A DNA stretch of 64,000 nt from Devosia sp. (GCA_051953275.1 JBQCIY010000056.1:1197-65196), one strand, 5' to 3'. Shown: positions 30,864 through 42,588, counted from the first letter of the stretch. Notes: generated by a model not told the origin, from the sequence alone. Numbers and translations are program-made.

Positions 30864-32711
30864 GTGAGCACGGATCGGGCCGGTGCCAGACGGCGCCCCA
30901 ATGCGTTTTCCCACGTCGCCAAAGCAAGCTGGGGAAAGGGCGTCGGCACGCTGTGGCGCATCGTGCGCCTCAACCTCCGGCATCCCTGGCAGGTGACGAT
31001 CTGTTTCGTCTCGACGTTCATCGCCGCGTCGCTGCAACTGATGATCCCTAAGCTCCTCGGACACGCGGTCGACCAGGCGCACGGCCTGGGCACCGCGGGC
31101 GCGTCGGCCGAGCAGGGGTTGATCACCACGGCGGTGCTGCTGCTGCTGGTCTCGGTGGGGCGTGGCATGTTCACGCTGCTGCAGAACTACACCTCGGAAT
31201 CGGTCGGCCACCATGCCGCCTACGAGCTCAGGCTCGCCTGCTACGAGAAGCTGCAGCAGCTGAGCTTTTCGTTCCATGACCGGGTGCACTCCGGCGACCT
31301 CATCACGCTGGGCATCCTCGATATCGACGGCGTGCGCATGTTCTTTGCGACGGGCGTCGTGCGGTTCGTCCTGCTCTCGGTGCTGATCGGCGTCGGCGCC
31401 TATCTGTTGATCTCCACCGACTGGCAGCTTGGGCTCCTGAGCCTCAGCTTCGTGCCGTATGTCGCGTGGAGCTCGTCGAAGGCGCATCTGAAGCTGCGCG
31501 CGACCTGGCTGGAGCTGCAGGAACGGCTCACCGTCATGTCGCGCGTCATGGAAGAGAACCTCGGCGGCATCCGTGTGGTCCGCGCCTTCGCGGCGCAGGA
31601 GCACGAGATGCAGAAGTTCGAGCGCACGTCCAAGCATGCGCTGGAGCTGGCGCATGAGCGCGTCAACCTGCGCGTCAAGAGCAGCTCGGCGATGAACTTC
31701 TCCTTCTTCCTCGCGATGGGCCTGGTGCTGTGGCTGGGCGGCACGAAGGTCGCGCATGGCGAGATGACTGTCGGCACGCTGACGCAGTTCCTGACGTTCA
31801 TGACGATCCTGCAGATGCCGGTGCGGCAACTCGGGCTCCTGGTCAACTCGATCGCCCGCGGCGCAACCTGTGGGCTGCGGCTGTTCAACCTGCTCGACCT
31901 CGAGCTCGCGGTCCGCGACAAGCCGAATGCGCCGGACCTCAAGATCACGGACGGGACGCTGAAATTCGAGCATGTGAGCTTCCGCTACCCCGGCACCACG
32001 CACGACGTGATCAAGGACGTGTCGTTCGAGGCCAAGCGCGGCCAGACCATCGCGCTCGTCGGCCCGCCGGGCAGCGGCAAGTCCTCGTTGGTCCATCTCA
32101 TCCCGCGCTACTACGACGTCTCGAGCGGGACGATCAGCATCGACGGCCAGAACGTCGCCGAGGTGACCAAGGATTCGCTGCGCAACAACGTGGCGGTGGT
32201 ACAGCAGGACTCGTTCCTGTTCACCACAACGATCGAGAACAACATCGCCTACGGCAACCCGTGGGCGAAGGAGCGCCGGATCGAGCGCGCGGCGGAGTCG
32301 GCGCAGCTGCACAATTACGTCGCCGGGCTGCCCGCGGGCTACGGCACGATCGTCGGCGAGCGCGGCGTGTCGCTCTCGGGCGGGCAGCGGCAGCGCCTCA
32401 CCATCGCGCGCAGCCTGGTGCTGAAGCCGGCGGTGCTGGTGTTCGACGACTCGACGGCGGCGATCGATGCCGCCACCGAGCAACGCATCCGGCTGGCGAT
32501 GCGCAAGTTCGCCGAGGGCCGCGTGACGATCATCATCGCGCACCGGTTGAGCTCGCTGATGCACGCGGACCAGATCCTGTTCATCGAGGATGGGCGCATC
32601 GTCGAGCGCGGGTCGCACCTCGAGCTCTTGGCGCGCGGCGGCAAGTACAAGGCGCTGTACGACCTGCAGGTGCGGCCCGAGGCCGATGCGCCTCTGATGG
32701 CGGGAGAATGA
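30864..32711 (+). CDS. ABC exporter subunit (TMD plus ATPase)
   Basis: GPPGSGKS, LSGGQRQR, degenerate Walker B VFDDS, AHRLS. Start uncertain. Confidence 0.9.
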   Translation: MSTDRAGARRRPNAFSHVAKASWGKGVGTLWRIVRLNLRHPWQVTICFVSTFIAASLQLMIPKLLGHAVDQAHGLGTAGASAEQGLITTAVLLLLVSVGRGMFTLLQNYTSESVGHHAAYELRLACYEKLQQLSFSFHDRVHSGDLITLGILDIDGVRMFFATGVVRFVLLSVLIGVGAYLLISTDWQLGLLSLSFVPYVAWSSSKAHLKLRATWLELQERLTVMSRVMEENLGGIRVVRAFAAQEHEMQKFERTSKHALELAHERVNLRVKSSSAMNFSFFLAMGLVLWLGGTKVAHGEMTVGTLTQFLTFMTILQMPVRQLGLLVNSIARGATCGLRLFNLLDLELAVRDKPNAPDLKITDGTLKFEHVSFRYPGTTHDVIKDVSFEAKRGQTIALVGPPGSGKSSLVHLIPRYYDVSSGTISIDGQNVAEVTKDSLRNNVAVVQQDSFLFTTTIENNIAYGNPWAKERRIERAAESAQLHNYVAGLPAGYGTIVGERGVSLSGGQRQRLTIARSLVLKPAVLVFDDSTAAIDAATEQRIRLAMRKFAEGRVTIIIAHRLSSLMHADQILFIEDGRIVERGSHLELLARGGKYKALYDLQVRPEADAPLMAGE

Positions 32712-32712
32712 G

Positions 32713-34605
32713 ATGACGACCGCCGAGCATATCGATTTCGACGACGAAGACCGCACGCGCCGCCCCAAGAAGGCGGTGGTCGGCTCGCACCGCGAGGACG
32801 AAGAGGTCTTCGGCAAGGCCTATGATCCCAAGATCATCCGGCGCATCTGGGCTTTCGTGCGTCCGTACCGGAAGCGCCTGCTCATTGCTGTCGGCGCGGT
32901 GCTGACCTTCACCCTCACCAATCTCGCGTTTCCGCTGATCATCCGCACGGCGATCGACACCGGCATGAGCGCGAACGGCGCGGAGACCTTCGGATGGTGC
33001 GTGGCGGCGTTCTTCGTGATGACCGTCATCAACTACGGCGCGAGCTATGTGCAGGAGACCACTGTCGGCAGGGTTGCCGAAGAGGTGCTGTTCGACATGC
33101 GCCGAGCGATGATGGAGCACCTGCAGCGGGTGTCGCTGGGCTGGATGGACAAGACCGAAGTCGGCCGCCTGATGTCGCGGTTGCAGGGCGACGTGAACTC
33201 GATGCAGGAGTTCCTCGAGACCTCGGTGATGTCGGTCGGCGACATCGTGCTGCTGTTCGGCATCGTGGTGGTACTGGTGTCGCTCAACCCCTGGCTCGGG
33301 CTGTTGACGCTGGCGACGATGCCGACGCTGTTCATCGTGCGGCTGTTCTGGCTGCCGCCGGCAAAGCGCAGCTTCATGGATGCGCACGAGGCCAATTCGC
33401 GGGCCAACGGGGCGCTGGCCGAAGGCATCAATGGCGTCCGCACGGTGCAGAGCCTCAACCGGCAGCGCGTCAATTTCGACCTCTATGACGAGAAATCGTA
33501 CACCAACCTCAAGGCGCACCTGCGCGCCGCCAAGTTCGCGCAGGTGACGATCCCGATCGTCGACACGCTGACCGGCATCTCGATGGCGACGGTGGTGGTG
33601 GTCGGCGGCCAGTTGGTGCTGAACCACTCGCTCGATATCGGCGTGATGGTCGCGTACCTGTTCTACATCCAGCGCTTCTTCGATCCGATCCGCTCGCTCA
33701 CCATGCAGTATTCGGTGATGCAGCGCGCCATGGCCTCGGGCGAGCGCATCACCGGCGTGCTCGATGTGGAGGTCGACATCAAGGACAAGCCGGGCGCGGT
33801 CGAGCTCGCCCGCGACATGGACGGCTCGGTCGAGTTCCGCAACGTGACCTTCGGCTACCGCAAGGGCCAGCCGGTGCTCAAGGACATCTCGTTCAAGGTC
33901 AACCCGGGCGAGACGGTGGCGCTGGTCGGCCCGACGGGGTCGGGCAAGACCTCGTCCATGGCGCTGGTGCACCGCTTCTACGACGTGTGGGACGGGCAGG
34001 TGCTGGTGGGCGGCCAGGACGTGCGCGACGTGACGCAGCATTCGCTGGGCAATTCGATCGCCATGGTGCTGCAGGAGCCGTTCCTGTTCACCGGCACGGT
34101 GATCGAGAACATCCGCTATGCCCGCACCGAGGCGACGCTCGAGCAGGTGATCGAGGCCTGCAAGGCGGTGGGCGCGCACGACTTCATCATGCGGTTGCCC
34201 GAGGGCTATGACAGCAAGCTCGAGCAGCGTGGCGGCAACCTGTCGCTCGGGCAACGGCAGCTGCTGAGCTTTGCCCGCGCGCTGGTGCAGGACGCCAAGA
34301 TCCTGGTGCTCGACGAGGCGACGGCGTCGATCGACAGCTATACGGAGCTGCAGATCCAGGAGGCGCTCAAGGTGCTGCTCAAGGGCCGCACCGGCATGGT
34401 GATCGCGCACCGGCTGGCGACGATCCGCGGCGCCGACCGCATCCTGGTGCTGCAGAACGGCGTTCTGCTCGAGCAGGGCAACCACGACCAGCTGATGAAG
34501 CTCGGTGGCCTCTACGCCAAGCTCTATAACATGAACTATGCAAGCTTCGACGATATCCCCGAGGACCTGATCCCGCAGGGCGCGGAGGTTGGAGCGGCGA
34601 CGTAA
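32713..34605 (+). CDS. ABC exporter subunit (TMD plus ATPase), heterodimer partner
   Basis: GPTGSGKT, LSLGQRQ, VLDEAT, AHRLAT. Confidence 0.93.
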   Translation: MTTAEHIDFDDEDRTRRPKKAVVGSHREDEEVFGKAYDPKIIRRIWAFVRPYRKRLLIAVGAVLTFTLTNLAFPLIIRTAIDTGMSANGAETFGWCVAAFFVMTVINYGASYVQETTVGRVAEEVLFDMRRAMMEHLQRVSLGWMDKTEVGRLMSRLQGDVNSMQEFLETSVMSVGDIVLLFGIVVVLVSLNPWLGLLTLATMPTLFIVRLFWLPPAKRSFMDAHEANSRANGALAEGINGVRTVQSLNRQRVNFDLYDEKSYTNLKAHLRAAKFAQVTIPIVDTLTGISMATVVVVGGQLVLNHSLDIGVMVAYLFYIQRFFDPIRSLTMQYSVMQRAMASGERITGVLDVEVDIKDKPGAVELARDMDGSVEFRNVTFGYRKGQPVLKDISFKVNPGETVALVGPTGSGKTSSMALVHRFYDVWDGQVLVGGQDVRDVTQHSLGNSIAMVLQEPFLFTGTVIENIRYARTEATLEQVIEACKAVGAHDFIMRLPEGYDSKLEQRGGNLSLGQRQLLSFARALVQDAKILVLDEATASIDSYTELQIQEALKVLLKGRTGMVIAHRLATIRGADRILVLQNGVLLEQGNHDQLMKLGGLYAKLYNMNYASFDDIPEDLIPQGAEVGAAT

Positions 34606-34638
34606 GGTGTCGGGACGGGCTCGGCGCAAGCGGCCGGC

Positions 34639-34664
34639 CCCCTTCCCCCACAGGCGGGAGAAGG
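34639..34664. repeat. Short REP-like hairpin between convergent genes
   Basis: CCTTCCCCCACAGGCGGGAGAAGG. Confidence 0.45.
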
Positions 34665-34675
34665 ACTCCTGACTG

Positions 34676-35500
34676 CTAGATCCTGTAGATGCGCTCGGCG
34701 TTGCGATGGAAGAGTTGCGCCTGCTCGTCCAGGCTCGCGCCGGAGACGATGGTGTTCAGTGCATTGACCCATTGGGTCAGGGTGCCGTTGAGGGTGACGA
34801 CGGGCCGGTCGGAGCCGAAGACGACGCGGTCCCAGCCGAAGCTTTCAATCATATGCTCGACGACGGGGCGCAAGTCTTCCGGCGTGTAGCCGGGGGGCGC
34901 GTGATTGACGATGCCGGAAATCTTGCCGGCGACGTTGGGCAATTGGGCCAGCGCGGCGAGGTCCCGGCGCCAGGCGGAGATGTCACCGCTCGAAATCAGC
35001 GGATTGCCGCAATGATCAAGGACGAACTGCACATCGGGGCAGGCGGCAACGAGGTCGCGGGTGACGCCGAGCTGGCGCGACTGCACGCAGAGGTCGAAGA
35101 CGAGGCCGTGCGGGGCGAGGCGACGGAGATTGCCGCGAAACACCTCACCGGCCGAAAGATCGTCGGGATCGGACTGGAGCAGCCGGCGGATGCCGCGGAT
35201 GCGGGGCTCGGCCAGAATGCGGTCGAGATGTTTGGGGAAATCGACGTGTTCGGGGCGGGCGTTGGAAATCGCGCCGACGACGCGCGGATCGAGACCGAGG
35301 ACGAAGCGGGTTTCATCCTCCATCTCCTCAACCGGGACATCGACCTCCATGTGGAGCGCCGCTTCGATGCCCAGGGCTTCGGCCTCCCGGAAGTAGCTCG
35401 GAGCGTCCCACTGGCGCTTCAGCGGCGGCACGCCGTCGAGCCAGGGGTAGGCGAACTTGTCGAGATAGATGAGGTGGAGGTGGGTATCGACGATGCGCAT
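34676..35500 (-). CDS. Amidohydrolase family protein (sugar lactonase-like)
   Basis: VDTHLH, LDHCGNP, FGSDRPV, NAERIY; next to a fuconate dehydratase. Confidence 0.82.
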   Translation of the reverse strand: MRIVDTHLHLIYLDKFAYPWLDGVPPLKRQWDAPSYFREAEALGIEAALHMEVDVPVEEMEDETRFVLGLDPRVVGAISNARPEHVDFPKHLDRILAEPRIRGIRRLLQSDPDDLSAGEVFRGNLRRLAPHGLVFDLCVQSRQLGVTRDLVAACPDVQFVLDHCGNPLISSGDISAWRRDLAALAQLPNVAGKISGIVNHAPPGYTPEDLRPVVEHMIESFGWDRVVFGSDRPVVTLNGTLTQWVNALNTIVSGASLDEQAQLFHRNAERIYRI

Positions 35501-35502
35501 GG

Positions 35503-36270
35503 TCAGCTTGTCTTGAGGGAGCGGGCAGAGACTTCCCGGCCGGCCGCGAGGAGCAGGTCGAGCGTTGCCTGCTGGTCGAGCGCGCCGGGCACATCGAGGC
35601 GAGGCGTGTAGGGCGAGGTCAGCGCGGCGATGACGGTGCCGAGCGGACCGAAGACGGGCACCGAGAGATTGGTGACGCTGGCGACCTGCTCGCTGACCAT
35701 CACCTCATAGCCCCGTTCGGCGACGACCGCGAGGTGCTCGCGCAGACCGGCAACCAGCCGGTCGCCGTGCGGGTCGAGGGGGTTCTCGAGCATCAGCGCG
35801 CGATCCTCGTCGCTGGCGTAGGCAAGGAAGATGTGGCCGGAGCCGGTGGTGGCCATGCTGAGCCGAGCGCCAACCCGGATCGAGACATTCCAGTAGCTCG
35901 GGCCATCGACCTGGGCGACGACGACCAGCACATTGCGATCGTGGATGACCAGATGCACCGCCTGCTGGCTGTCGCGGGCGAAGCGCCTGAGCACGGGGGT
36001 GGCATGCGAGACGAGACGGCGGATTGGCGGGGTGAGGTGCGCGAGCTCGAAAAGCTTCAGGGTGAGGACGTAGCGATCGGTGGTGGTGCGGCGGATATAG
36101 TCGCGGCGCACCAGGCGATCGAGCATGCGGTAGATCTCGTTGGGCGAACGCGACAGGGCCTTGGCGATTTCGGCCTGGCTGAGGCCATCCTCGGTGGATG
36201 CCAGGAGCTCCAGGATATCGAGGCCCTTGTCGAGCGCAGGAGCGCGATATTTCTCGGTGTCTTCGGTCAT
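35503..36270 (-). CDS. IclR family transcriptional regulator
   Basis: APALDKGLDILELL HTH start, TGSG effector-domain motif. Confidence 0.93.
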   Translation of the reverse strand: MTEDTEKYRAPALDKGLDILELLASTEDGLSQAEIAKALSRSPNEIYRMLDRLVRRDYIRRTTTDRYVLTLKLFELAHLTPPIRRLVSHATPVLRRFARDSQQAVHLVIHDRNVLVVVAQVDGPSYWNVSIRVGARLSMATTGSGHIFLAYASDEDRALMLENPLDPHGDRLVAGLREHLAVVAERGYEVMVSEQVASVTNLSVPVFGPLGTVIAALTSPYTPRLDVPGALDQQATLDLLLAAGREVSARSLKTS

Positions 36271-36325
36271 GTCGCAAATGATCCGGTTTCGACTTATTGC
36301 TCACGCGAGTTATCGTCGCGCGGGC

Positions 36326-36337
36326 TTCATTTGTGAA
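36326..36337. promoter_or_regulatory. Possible operator palindrome in the divergent iclR/dehydratase intergenic region
   Basis: TTCA-TTTG-TGAA in an AT-rich patch. Confidence 0.35.
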
Positions 36338-36396
36338 TAGATCGTTTGTATATGCTGTGGACCGCGCCTGGCACATCACAAATCCGGAGACCTGGC

Positions 36397-37671
36397 TTGA
36401 CCCGCATCACCGCACTCAAGACCTACGACCTCCGGTTCCCTACATCGGCTGCGCTCGACGGATCGGACGCAATGAATCCCGATCCCGACTACTCGGCCGC
36501 CTATGTCGTGCTGGAGACGGACGGGCCACATACGGGGCATGGGCTCACCTTCACCATCGGTCGCGGCAACGAGGTGGTGGTCAAGGCGATCGAGGCGCTG
36601 CGCCATCGCATGGTCGGGCTCGAGGTTGAAAGCATCGCGGCAGAGCCGGGCAAGTTCTGGCGGCACGTGACGAGCGACAGCCAGTTGCGCTGGATCGGGC
36701 CGGACAAGGGCGCGATGCATCTGGCGACCGGCGCCGTGGTGAACGCGGTGTGGGACCTCCTGGCGAAGAGCGCCGGCAAGCCGGTGTGGCAGCTGGTCGG
36801 CGAGATGAGCCCCGAGCAACTGGTCTCCATCATCGATTTTCGGTACCTCACGGATGCGATCACGCCGGACGAGGCGCTGGCGATCTTCCGCAGGGCCGAG
36901 GCCGGCAAGGCGGCGCGGATCGCCGAGCTCAGGGCCAACGGCTACCCCTGCTACACGACCTCGGCGGGGTGGCTGGGCTATTCCACCGAGAAGCTGACGC
37001 GGCTCGCGACCGAGGCGGTGGCCGAGGGTTTTACGCACATCAAGATGAAGGTGGGCCGCGACCTCGACGACGACATCCGCCGGCTCGAGATCGTGCGCCG
37101 GATCATGGGACCGGACCGAAAGCTGATGATCGACGCCAACCAGGTGTGGGAGGTGGGGCAGGCGATCGAGTGGGTGAACGCGCTCAAGCGGTTCGACCCG
37201 TATTTCATCGAGGAGCCGACGAGCCCCGATGACGTCGAAGGGCATCGCAAGATTCGCGCGGCGGTCGCACCGGTGAAGGTCGCCACCGGCGAGATGTGCC
37301 AGAACCGGATCATGTTCAAGCAGTTCATCACGCTGGGGGCGATCGACATCGTGCAGATCGACGCCTGCCGCATCGGCGGGCTCAATGAAGTGCTGAGCGT
37401 GCTGCTGATGGCGGCGAAGTACGGGCTGCCGGTGTGGCCGCACGCGGGCGGGGTGGGGCTGTGCGAATACGTGCAGCACCTGTCGATGATCGACTACATC
37501 GCGGTGAGCGGGACCAAGGAGGCACGGGTGATCGAGTATGTCGACCACCTGCACGAGCATTTCGTCGAGCCGTGCGAGATCCGCAACGCGGCGTACATGC
37601 CGCCGCAGCGGCCGGGGTTCTCGATCGAGATGAAGCCGGACTCGATCCGGGACAACCAGTTCCGGGGGTAG
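36397..37671 (+). CDS. L-fuconate dehydratase (enolase superfamily)
   Basis: DLRFPTS..LDGSDAMNPDPDYSAAY, YTTSAGWLGY, KMKVG, DANQ, EEPTSPDD, PHAGGVGLCE. TTG start after GGAG. Confidence 0.9.
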   Translation: MTRITALKTYDLRFPTSAALDGSDAMNPDPDYSAAYVVLETDGPHTGHGLTFTIGRGNEVVVKAIEALRHRMVGLEVESIAAEPGKFWRHVTSDSQLRWIGPDKGAMHLATGAVVNAVWDLLAKSAGKPVWQLVGEMSPEQLVSIIDFRYLTDAITPDEALAIFRRAEAGKAARIAELRANGYPCYTTSAGWLGYSTEKLTRLATEAVAEGFTHIKMKVGRDLDDDIRRLEIVRRIMGPDRKLMIDANQVWEVGQAIEWVNALKRFDPYFIEEPTSPDDVEGHRKIRAAVAPVKVATGEMCQNRIMFKQFITLGAIDIVQIDACRIGGLNEVLSVLLMAAKYGLPVWPHAGGVGLCEYVQHLSMIDYIAVSGTKEARVIEYVDHLHEHFVEPCEIRNAAYMPPQRPGFSIEMKPDSIRDNQFRG

Positions 37672-37731
37672 GGCGCGCGGACGGCTTGACAGTTCAGCGC
37701 CGGCGTTCCCTCCTCCAGCGGGGAGGATCGC

Positions 37732-38604
37732 ATGATCAAGCTCGGCCGCTATGACGTCGCCTGGACCGGCGACCCGGATATCTATGTGCGCAGCTATGTG
37801 GAGGGCGGCTATCGCGCGATGTATGCGCCGCCGATGTCGCCGGACGATCGCGATACGATCCGCGCGGTGCGGGTGGCGGCGGACAAGGCCGGACTGATCA
37901 TCGGCGAGGCCGGCGCCTGGCGCAACCTCGTGGCGCATGACGAGGCGAAGCGAAAAGCCAACCTGCAGTTTGCGCTCGACACGCTGGCGGTGGCGGACGA
38001 ACTGGGCGTGGTGGCGTGCGTGGCGTTCCACGGCACGGTGGGGCATCCCGCCGACGGCTGGGGACTCAGCGACAATTACGACTATGGGCCGAACCCCAAG
38101 AACCTGGGCGAGGAAGGGTTCGAGCGGGCGGTGGCGACGGCGCGCTACGTGATCGACAGCGTCAAGCCGAGGCAGACGAAGTTCAGTCTCGAGATGGTGC
38201 CGTGGCTGGTGACCGGAACGCCCGAGACCTATCTGCGGCTGATCAAGGCGGTGGACCGGCCGGCGTTCGCGGCCCACATCGACGCGGCCAACATGATCGT
38301 GTCGCCCAGCCTCTATTTCGACACACCCGGCATGCTGCGGCATGGCTTCGAGCTGCTCGGCCCGTATATCGTTTCGGCGCATGCCAAGGATATCGTGATG
38401 CAGGGTGGGCCGGGAAGAATCTCGTTCCACATGGACGAGGTGCCGGTGGGATCGGGCAATCTCGACTATCGGGCGTATCTGCGGGAGCTCGACGCGCTCA
38501 ATCGCGACGTGCCGCTGATGCTCGAGCACTATACCGAGCCGGAATACGCCTTGGGGCGAGAGCACATCCGCAAGGTCGGACGGGAGATCGGGGTGGAGGT
38601 CTAG
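37732..38604 (+). CDS. Sugar phosphate isomerase/epimerase (xylose isomerase-like TIM barrel)
   Basis: [28 protein letters not shown]. Confidence 0.82.
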   Translation: MIKLGRYDVAWTGDPDIYVRSYVEGGYRAMYAPPMSPDDRDTIRAVRVAADKAGLIIGEAGAWRNLVAHDEAKRKANLQFALDTLAVADELGVVACVAFHGTVGHPADGWGLSDNYDYGPNPKNLGEEGFERAVATARYVIDSVKPRQTKFSLEMVPWLVTGTPETYLRLIKAVDRPAFAAHIDAANMIVSPSLYFDTPGMLRHGFELLGPYIVSAHAKDIVMQGGPGRISFHMDEVPVGSGNLDYRAYLRELDALNRDVPLMLEHYTEPEYALGREHIRKVGREIGVEV

Positions 38605-39422
38605 AGCTTTTCGGTCAGCTCGGGGACGAGGGTGAAGAGGTCGCCGACGAGGCCGTAGTCGGCGACGGAAAAGATCGGGGCGTTGGGGTCGGAGTTGATG
38701 GCGACGATCAGCTTGCTCGATTTCATGCCGGCGAGGTGCTGGATGGCGCCCGAAATGCCGATGGCGATGTAGAGGTCGGGGGCGACGATCTTGCCGGTCT
38801 GGCCGACCTGCAGGTCGTTGGCAGCGTAGCCGGAATCGACGGCGGCGCGGCTGGCGCCGATGGCGGCCTCGAGTTTTTGCGCGAGCGGGGTGAGCAGCGC
38901 GCCGAATTGCTCTTTGCTGCCGAAGGCGCGGCCGCCGGAGACGACGATCCGGGCCGAGCCGAGTTCGGGACCGGTGGCCTTTTGCGCATCTTCCGAGACG
39001 ATGCGGGAGAGCGTGGTTTCGGCCGGGGCGACGGTGACGGTCTTGAGGCCATGGGTGGCGCTCGGCGGGAAGGCGGAGGCGCGGACGGTGATGACCTTGA
39101 TCCGATCGGCGGACTGCACGGTCTCGATGGCGTTGCCGGCGTAGGTCGGACGCCGGAACGTATCGGGCGACACCACGTCGACAATGTCGGAGATGAGCAT
39201 GACGTCGAGCAGCGCGGCGACGCGGGGCAGGAGGTTCTTGCCGGTCGAGGTGGCGGGAGCGACGATCGCGTCGTAACCGCCGAGGCGTGCGATGGACTCC
39301 GCCACCGACTCCGCAAGGATGTTGGGGGGCAGCTCGAGGATGTGAACTTCGGCGCCGAGACGAAGCGCGGCCGTGAGGGCGTGTCCGGTGGCCCCGCCGT
39401 CGGCGATCAGCAGCGTGGTCAT
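38601..39422 (-). CDS. etfA: Electron transfer flavoprotein alpha subunit
   Basis: [46 protein letters not shown]. Confidence 0.93.
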   Translation of the reverse strand: MTTLLIADGGATGHALTAALRLGAEVHILELPPNILAESVAESIARLGGYDAIVAPATSTGKNLLPRVAALLDVMLISDIVDVVSPDTFRRPTYAGNAIETVQSADRIKVITVRASAFPPSATHGLKTVTVAPAETTLSRIVSEDAQKATGPELGSARIVVSGGRAFGSKEQFGALLTPLAQKLEAAIGASRAAVDSGYAANDLQVGQTGKIVAPDLYIAIGISGAIQHLAGMKSSKLIVAINSDPNAPIFSVADYGLVGDLFTLVPELTEKL

Positions 39423-40168
39423 GGCAGGACCTCCGCAGCGCGCAGTTTTGCGACGAGGGCATCGACCGACGGCAGGATCTCGCCGGCCTTACGGGCGGGC
39501 GGCTCATCGACGCGGACGGTGGTGAGGCGTGGCGTCAGATCGACGCCGAGCTCGGCAGCGGTGGTCTTGCCCAGCGGCTTCGATCGCGCCTTGATGATGT
39601 TGGGCAGGGCGGTGAAGCGCGGCGTGTTGAGGCGAAGGTCGGCGGTGACCACGGCGGGCAGGGGCAGCTCGAGCGTCTGCAGGCCGCCATCGATCTCGCG
39701 GGTGACGGTGACCTTGCCGTCGGCGATCTCCAGCTTGCCGGCGAAGGTCGCCTGGCCGCGGCCGAGCAGGGCCGCCAGCATCTGGCCGGTGGCGTTGGTG
39801 TCGTCGTCGATGGCCTGCTTGCCCAGAAGGATGAGGTCAGGCGCTTCGGTGGCGGCGATCTTGGCCAGCGCCCTGGCAACGCCGAGCGACTCGGTGCGGC
39901 CGTCGTGGAGGACGAGGATGGCGCGGTCGGCGCCCATGGCGAGCGCCTGGCGCAGCGTGTCTTCGGTTTTGGCCGCACCGATGGAGACGGCGACGATCTC
40001 GGTAGCGGTGCCGGCTTCCTTGAGACGCACGGCTTCCTCGACCGCTATCTCGTCGAAGGGGTTCATCGCCATCTTGACGTTGTCGAGCTCGACCCCCGAG
40101 CCGTCGGGCTTGACGCGCACATGGAAATTGGCGTCGACGACCCGCTTGACCGCAACCAGAACTTTCAC
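39419..40168 (-). CDS. etfB: Electron transfer flavoprotein beta subunit
   Basis: [34 protein letters not shown]. Confidence 0.95.
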   Translation of the reverse strand: MKVLVAVKRVVDANFHVRVKPDGSGVELDNVKMAMNPFDEIAVEEAVRLKEAGTATEIVAVSIGAAKTEDTLRQALAMGADRAILVLHDGRTESLGVARALAKIAATEAPDLILLGKQAIDDDTNATGQMLAALLGRGQATFAGKLEIADGKVTVTREIDGGLQTLELPLPAVVTADLRLNTPRFTALPNIIKARSKPLGKTTAAELGVDLTPRLTTVRVDEPPARKAGEILPSVDALVAKLRAAEVLP

Positions 40169-42588
40169 GCCTTCACCTTAGAATTGTCGGGGTCGTAGAG
40201 CGGCGCGAAGTGGATGTGCGCCGCGACCCGTTCGTTGGCGACGACCAGCTCGTAGCTGCCCGTCTGAGGTTCCGGGTGGCGCACATAGCCCAGACCGATC
40301 GGCTTGCCAACCGTGTAGCCGTAGCCGCCGGAGGTGAGGTAACCGGCGAATTCGCCGTTGCGGAGGATGGTCTCGCGGCCGAGTAGAACAACATCCTCAC
40401 GATCGGTGGTGAAGGTAGCAAGGCGTTTCCTCGGCGGCTTGCCCTGCAGCGCCAGCAATGCGTCTCGGCCGATGAAATCAACATTCGACTTGAGCTTGAC
40501 GGCCCAGCCGAGGCCAGCCTCGAACGGGGTGTCGTTGGGCGTGATGTCGCTGCCCCAGGCGCGATAGCCCTTTTCGAGCCGCAGCGACTCGAGGGCGCGG
40601 TAGCCGACGGGACGGAGGCCGTGCGGGGCGCCGGCGGCCATGAGGGTGTCGAACACATCGGTGGTGGCGGCCAAGGGAATATGCAGCTCCCAACCGAGCT
40701 CGCCGACATAGGTGACGCGCAGCGCACGGACGTCGTGGCCCGCGATGGGCAGGATGTGGACATGGCCGAAAGGGAAGGCGGCGTTCGACACATCGGCGGT
40801 GGTGACGGCGCTGAAGATGTCGCGGGCGCGCGAGCCCATCAACACCAGTGTGCCGAAGGCCTCGGTGACGTCGGTGATGGTCGCGTCGGCCCCGGGCGTG
40901 ATGTGCTCGGCGATCCAGGCCAGATCGTGGGTGCGGAAGCCAGTGCCGGTGACGATGTAGAAATGATTGTCGCTCAGGCGGGCGACGGTCAGGTCGCACT
41001 CGATGCCGCCGCGCGAGTTCAGCATCTGGGTATAGGTGAGGCGGCCGGGGGTCTTGTCGAGGTCGTTGGCCGCGATGAAGTTGAGGGCGGCTGCGGCGTC
41101 TTTGCCAGTGACTTCGTATTTGGCGAAGGAGGACTGATCGAAGAGCCCGGCCTTCTCGCGGACGAGGCGATGCTCGTCGCCGACGGCGACGAACCAGTTC
41201 TGGCGCCCCATCGAGTAGACGTCGCGCGAGTCGGTGCCGCTGGGTGCGAACCAGTTGGGGCGCTCCCAGCCCAGCTTTGAGCCGAAGACCGCGCCGTACG
41301 CCTGGAGGCGGTCGTAGAGCGGGGAGACGATGCGGTTGCGGCCGCTGTCGTACTCCTCGTGCGGGTAAGCGACGGTATAGTGCTTGCCGTAGGCCTCGAG
41401 CGTGCGCTCGCTGACCCAGTCGCGGTCGCGGTGGAGGGTCGAGAAGCGGCGGATGTCGACGACCCAGAGGTCGAGCGGGGCTTCCCCGCGCATGGCCCAT
41501 TCGGCGAGGGCCCAGCCGGCGCCGCCGCCCGACGCGATGCCGAAGGCGTTGAAGCCGGCGCCGACATACAGGTTGGCACATTCTGGCGCGGCGCCGAGGA
41601 TGAAATTGCCGTCGGGGGTGAAGCTCTCGGGGCCGTTGATCATCTGGCGGATGCCGGCGGTCTCGAGCGCCGGAACACGCGCCATGGCCTGTTCGAGGTG
41701 CTGGGCGAAATGATCCCAGTCGTCGTCGAAGAGCTGGAACTCGAACGGGCGCGGGATGTCGCCGGTGGTCCAGGCGATCGGGTCGGGCTCGTAGCCGCCC
41801 ATTACGAGGCCGCCGACCTCTTCCTTGAAATAGGTGCGGCGGTCGGGGTCGCGCAGGGTGGCGACATCGGTGGCAAGGCCCTCGATCTTCTCGGTGACGA
41901 TGTACTGGTGCTTGACCGGCTGCAGCGGGACATTGATGCCGGCCATGGCACCGATCTCGCGGGCCCACATGCCGCCGCAGTTGATCACCGTTTCAGTTTC
42001 GACGGCGCCGTCGCTGGTGAGGACGCGCGTGATGCGGCGGCCCTCCATCTCGAACCCGGTGACGCGGACGCCTTCGACGATTTTTGCGCCGTGCATGCGG
42101 GCGCCCCGCGCGAGGGACTGGGTGATGTCGGCGGGCGAGGCCTGGCCGTCGGTCGGGAGCCACGACGCGCCGATGAGATCGGACGTGTCCAGCAGCGGCC
42201 ACATGCGCTTCACCTCGGCCGGGGAGATCAGTTCCATGTCCATGCCGAAGCTGCGGGCGGTGGTGGCGAGGCGGCGATATTCGGTCCAGCGATCGGCAGT
42301 GGTGGCGAGGCGGAGGCAGCCGGTCATCTTCCAGCCGGTGGCGAGGCCGGTCTCGGCTTCGAGGGTCTTGTAGAGCTCGACGGAGCGCTTGAGGACCTGG
42401 GTGATCGAGGCCGAAGAACGGAGCTGGCCGACAAGCCCGGCCGCGTGCCAGGTGGAGCCGGAGGTCAGTTTGCCCTGCTCGATGAGCAGGACGTCGGCGT
42501 TGTGGTCTTTCGCCAGATGATAGGCGGTGGAGCACCCGATGATGCCGCCGCCGATGACGACGACCTGGGCCTGTGCGGGCAGAGTCAC
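40165..42588 (-). CDS. GcvT-family FAD-dependent oxidoreductase (dimethylglycine/sarcosine dehydrogenase-like)
   Basis: [56 protein letters not shown] start overlaps the upstream stop. Confidence 0.93.
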   Translation of the reverse strand: MTLPAQAQVVVIGGGIIGCSTAYHLAKDHNADVLLIEQGKLTSGSTWHAAGLVGQLRSSASITQVLKRSVELYKTLEAETGLATGWKMTGCLRLATTADRWTEYRRLATTARSFGMDMELISPAEVKRMWPLLDTSDLIGASWLPTDGQASPADITQSLARGARMHGAKIVEGVRVTGFEMEGRRITRVLTSDGAVETETVINCGGMWAREIGAMAGINVPLQPVKHQYIVTEKIEGLATDVATLRDPDRRTYFKEEVGGLVMGGYEPDPIAWTTGDIPRPFEFQLFDDDWDHFAQHLEQAMARVPALETAGIRQMINGPESFTPDGNFILGAAPECANLYVGAGFNAFGIASGGGAGWALAEWAMRGEAPLDLWVVDIRRFSTLHRDRDWVSERTLEAYGKHYTVAYPHEEYDSGRNRIVSPLYDRLQAYGAVFGSKLGWERPNWFAPSGTDSRDVYSMGRQNWFVAVGDEHRLVREKAGLFDQSSFAKYEVTGKDAAAALNFIAANDLDKTPGRLTYTQMLNSRGGIECDLTVARLSDNHFYIVTGTGFRTHDLAWIAEHITPGADATITDVTEAFGTLVLMGSRARDIFSAVTTADVSNAAFPFGHVHILPIAGHDVRALRVTYVGELGWELHIPLAATTDVFDTLMAAGAPHGLRPVGYRALESLRLEKGYRAWGSDITPNDTPFEAGLGWAVKLKSNVDFIGRDALLALQGKPPRKRLATFTTDREDVVLLGRETILRNGEFAGYLTSGGYGYTVGKPIGLGYVRHPEPQTGSYELVVANERVAAHIHFAPLYDPDNSKVKA

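Noticed and set aside
36376-39507. 1043-aa minus-strand ORF
   Set aside because: Low-complexity Arg/His-rich shadow of well-supported genes, as expected from high-GC codon bias.
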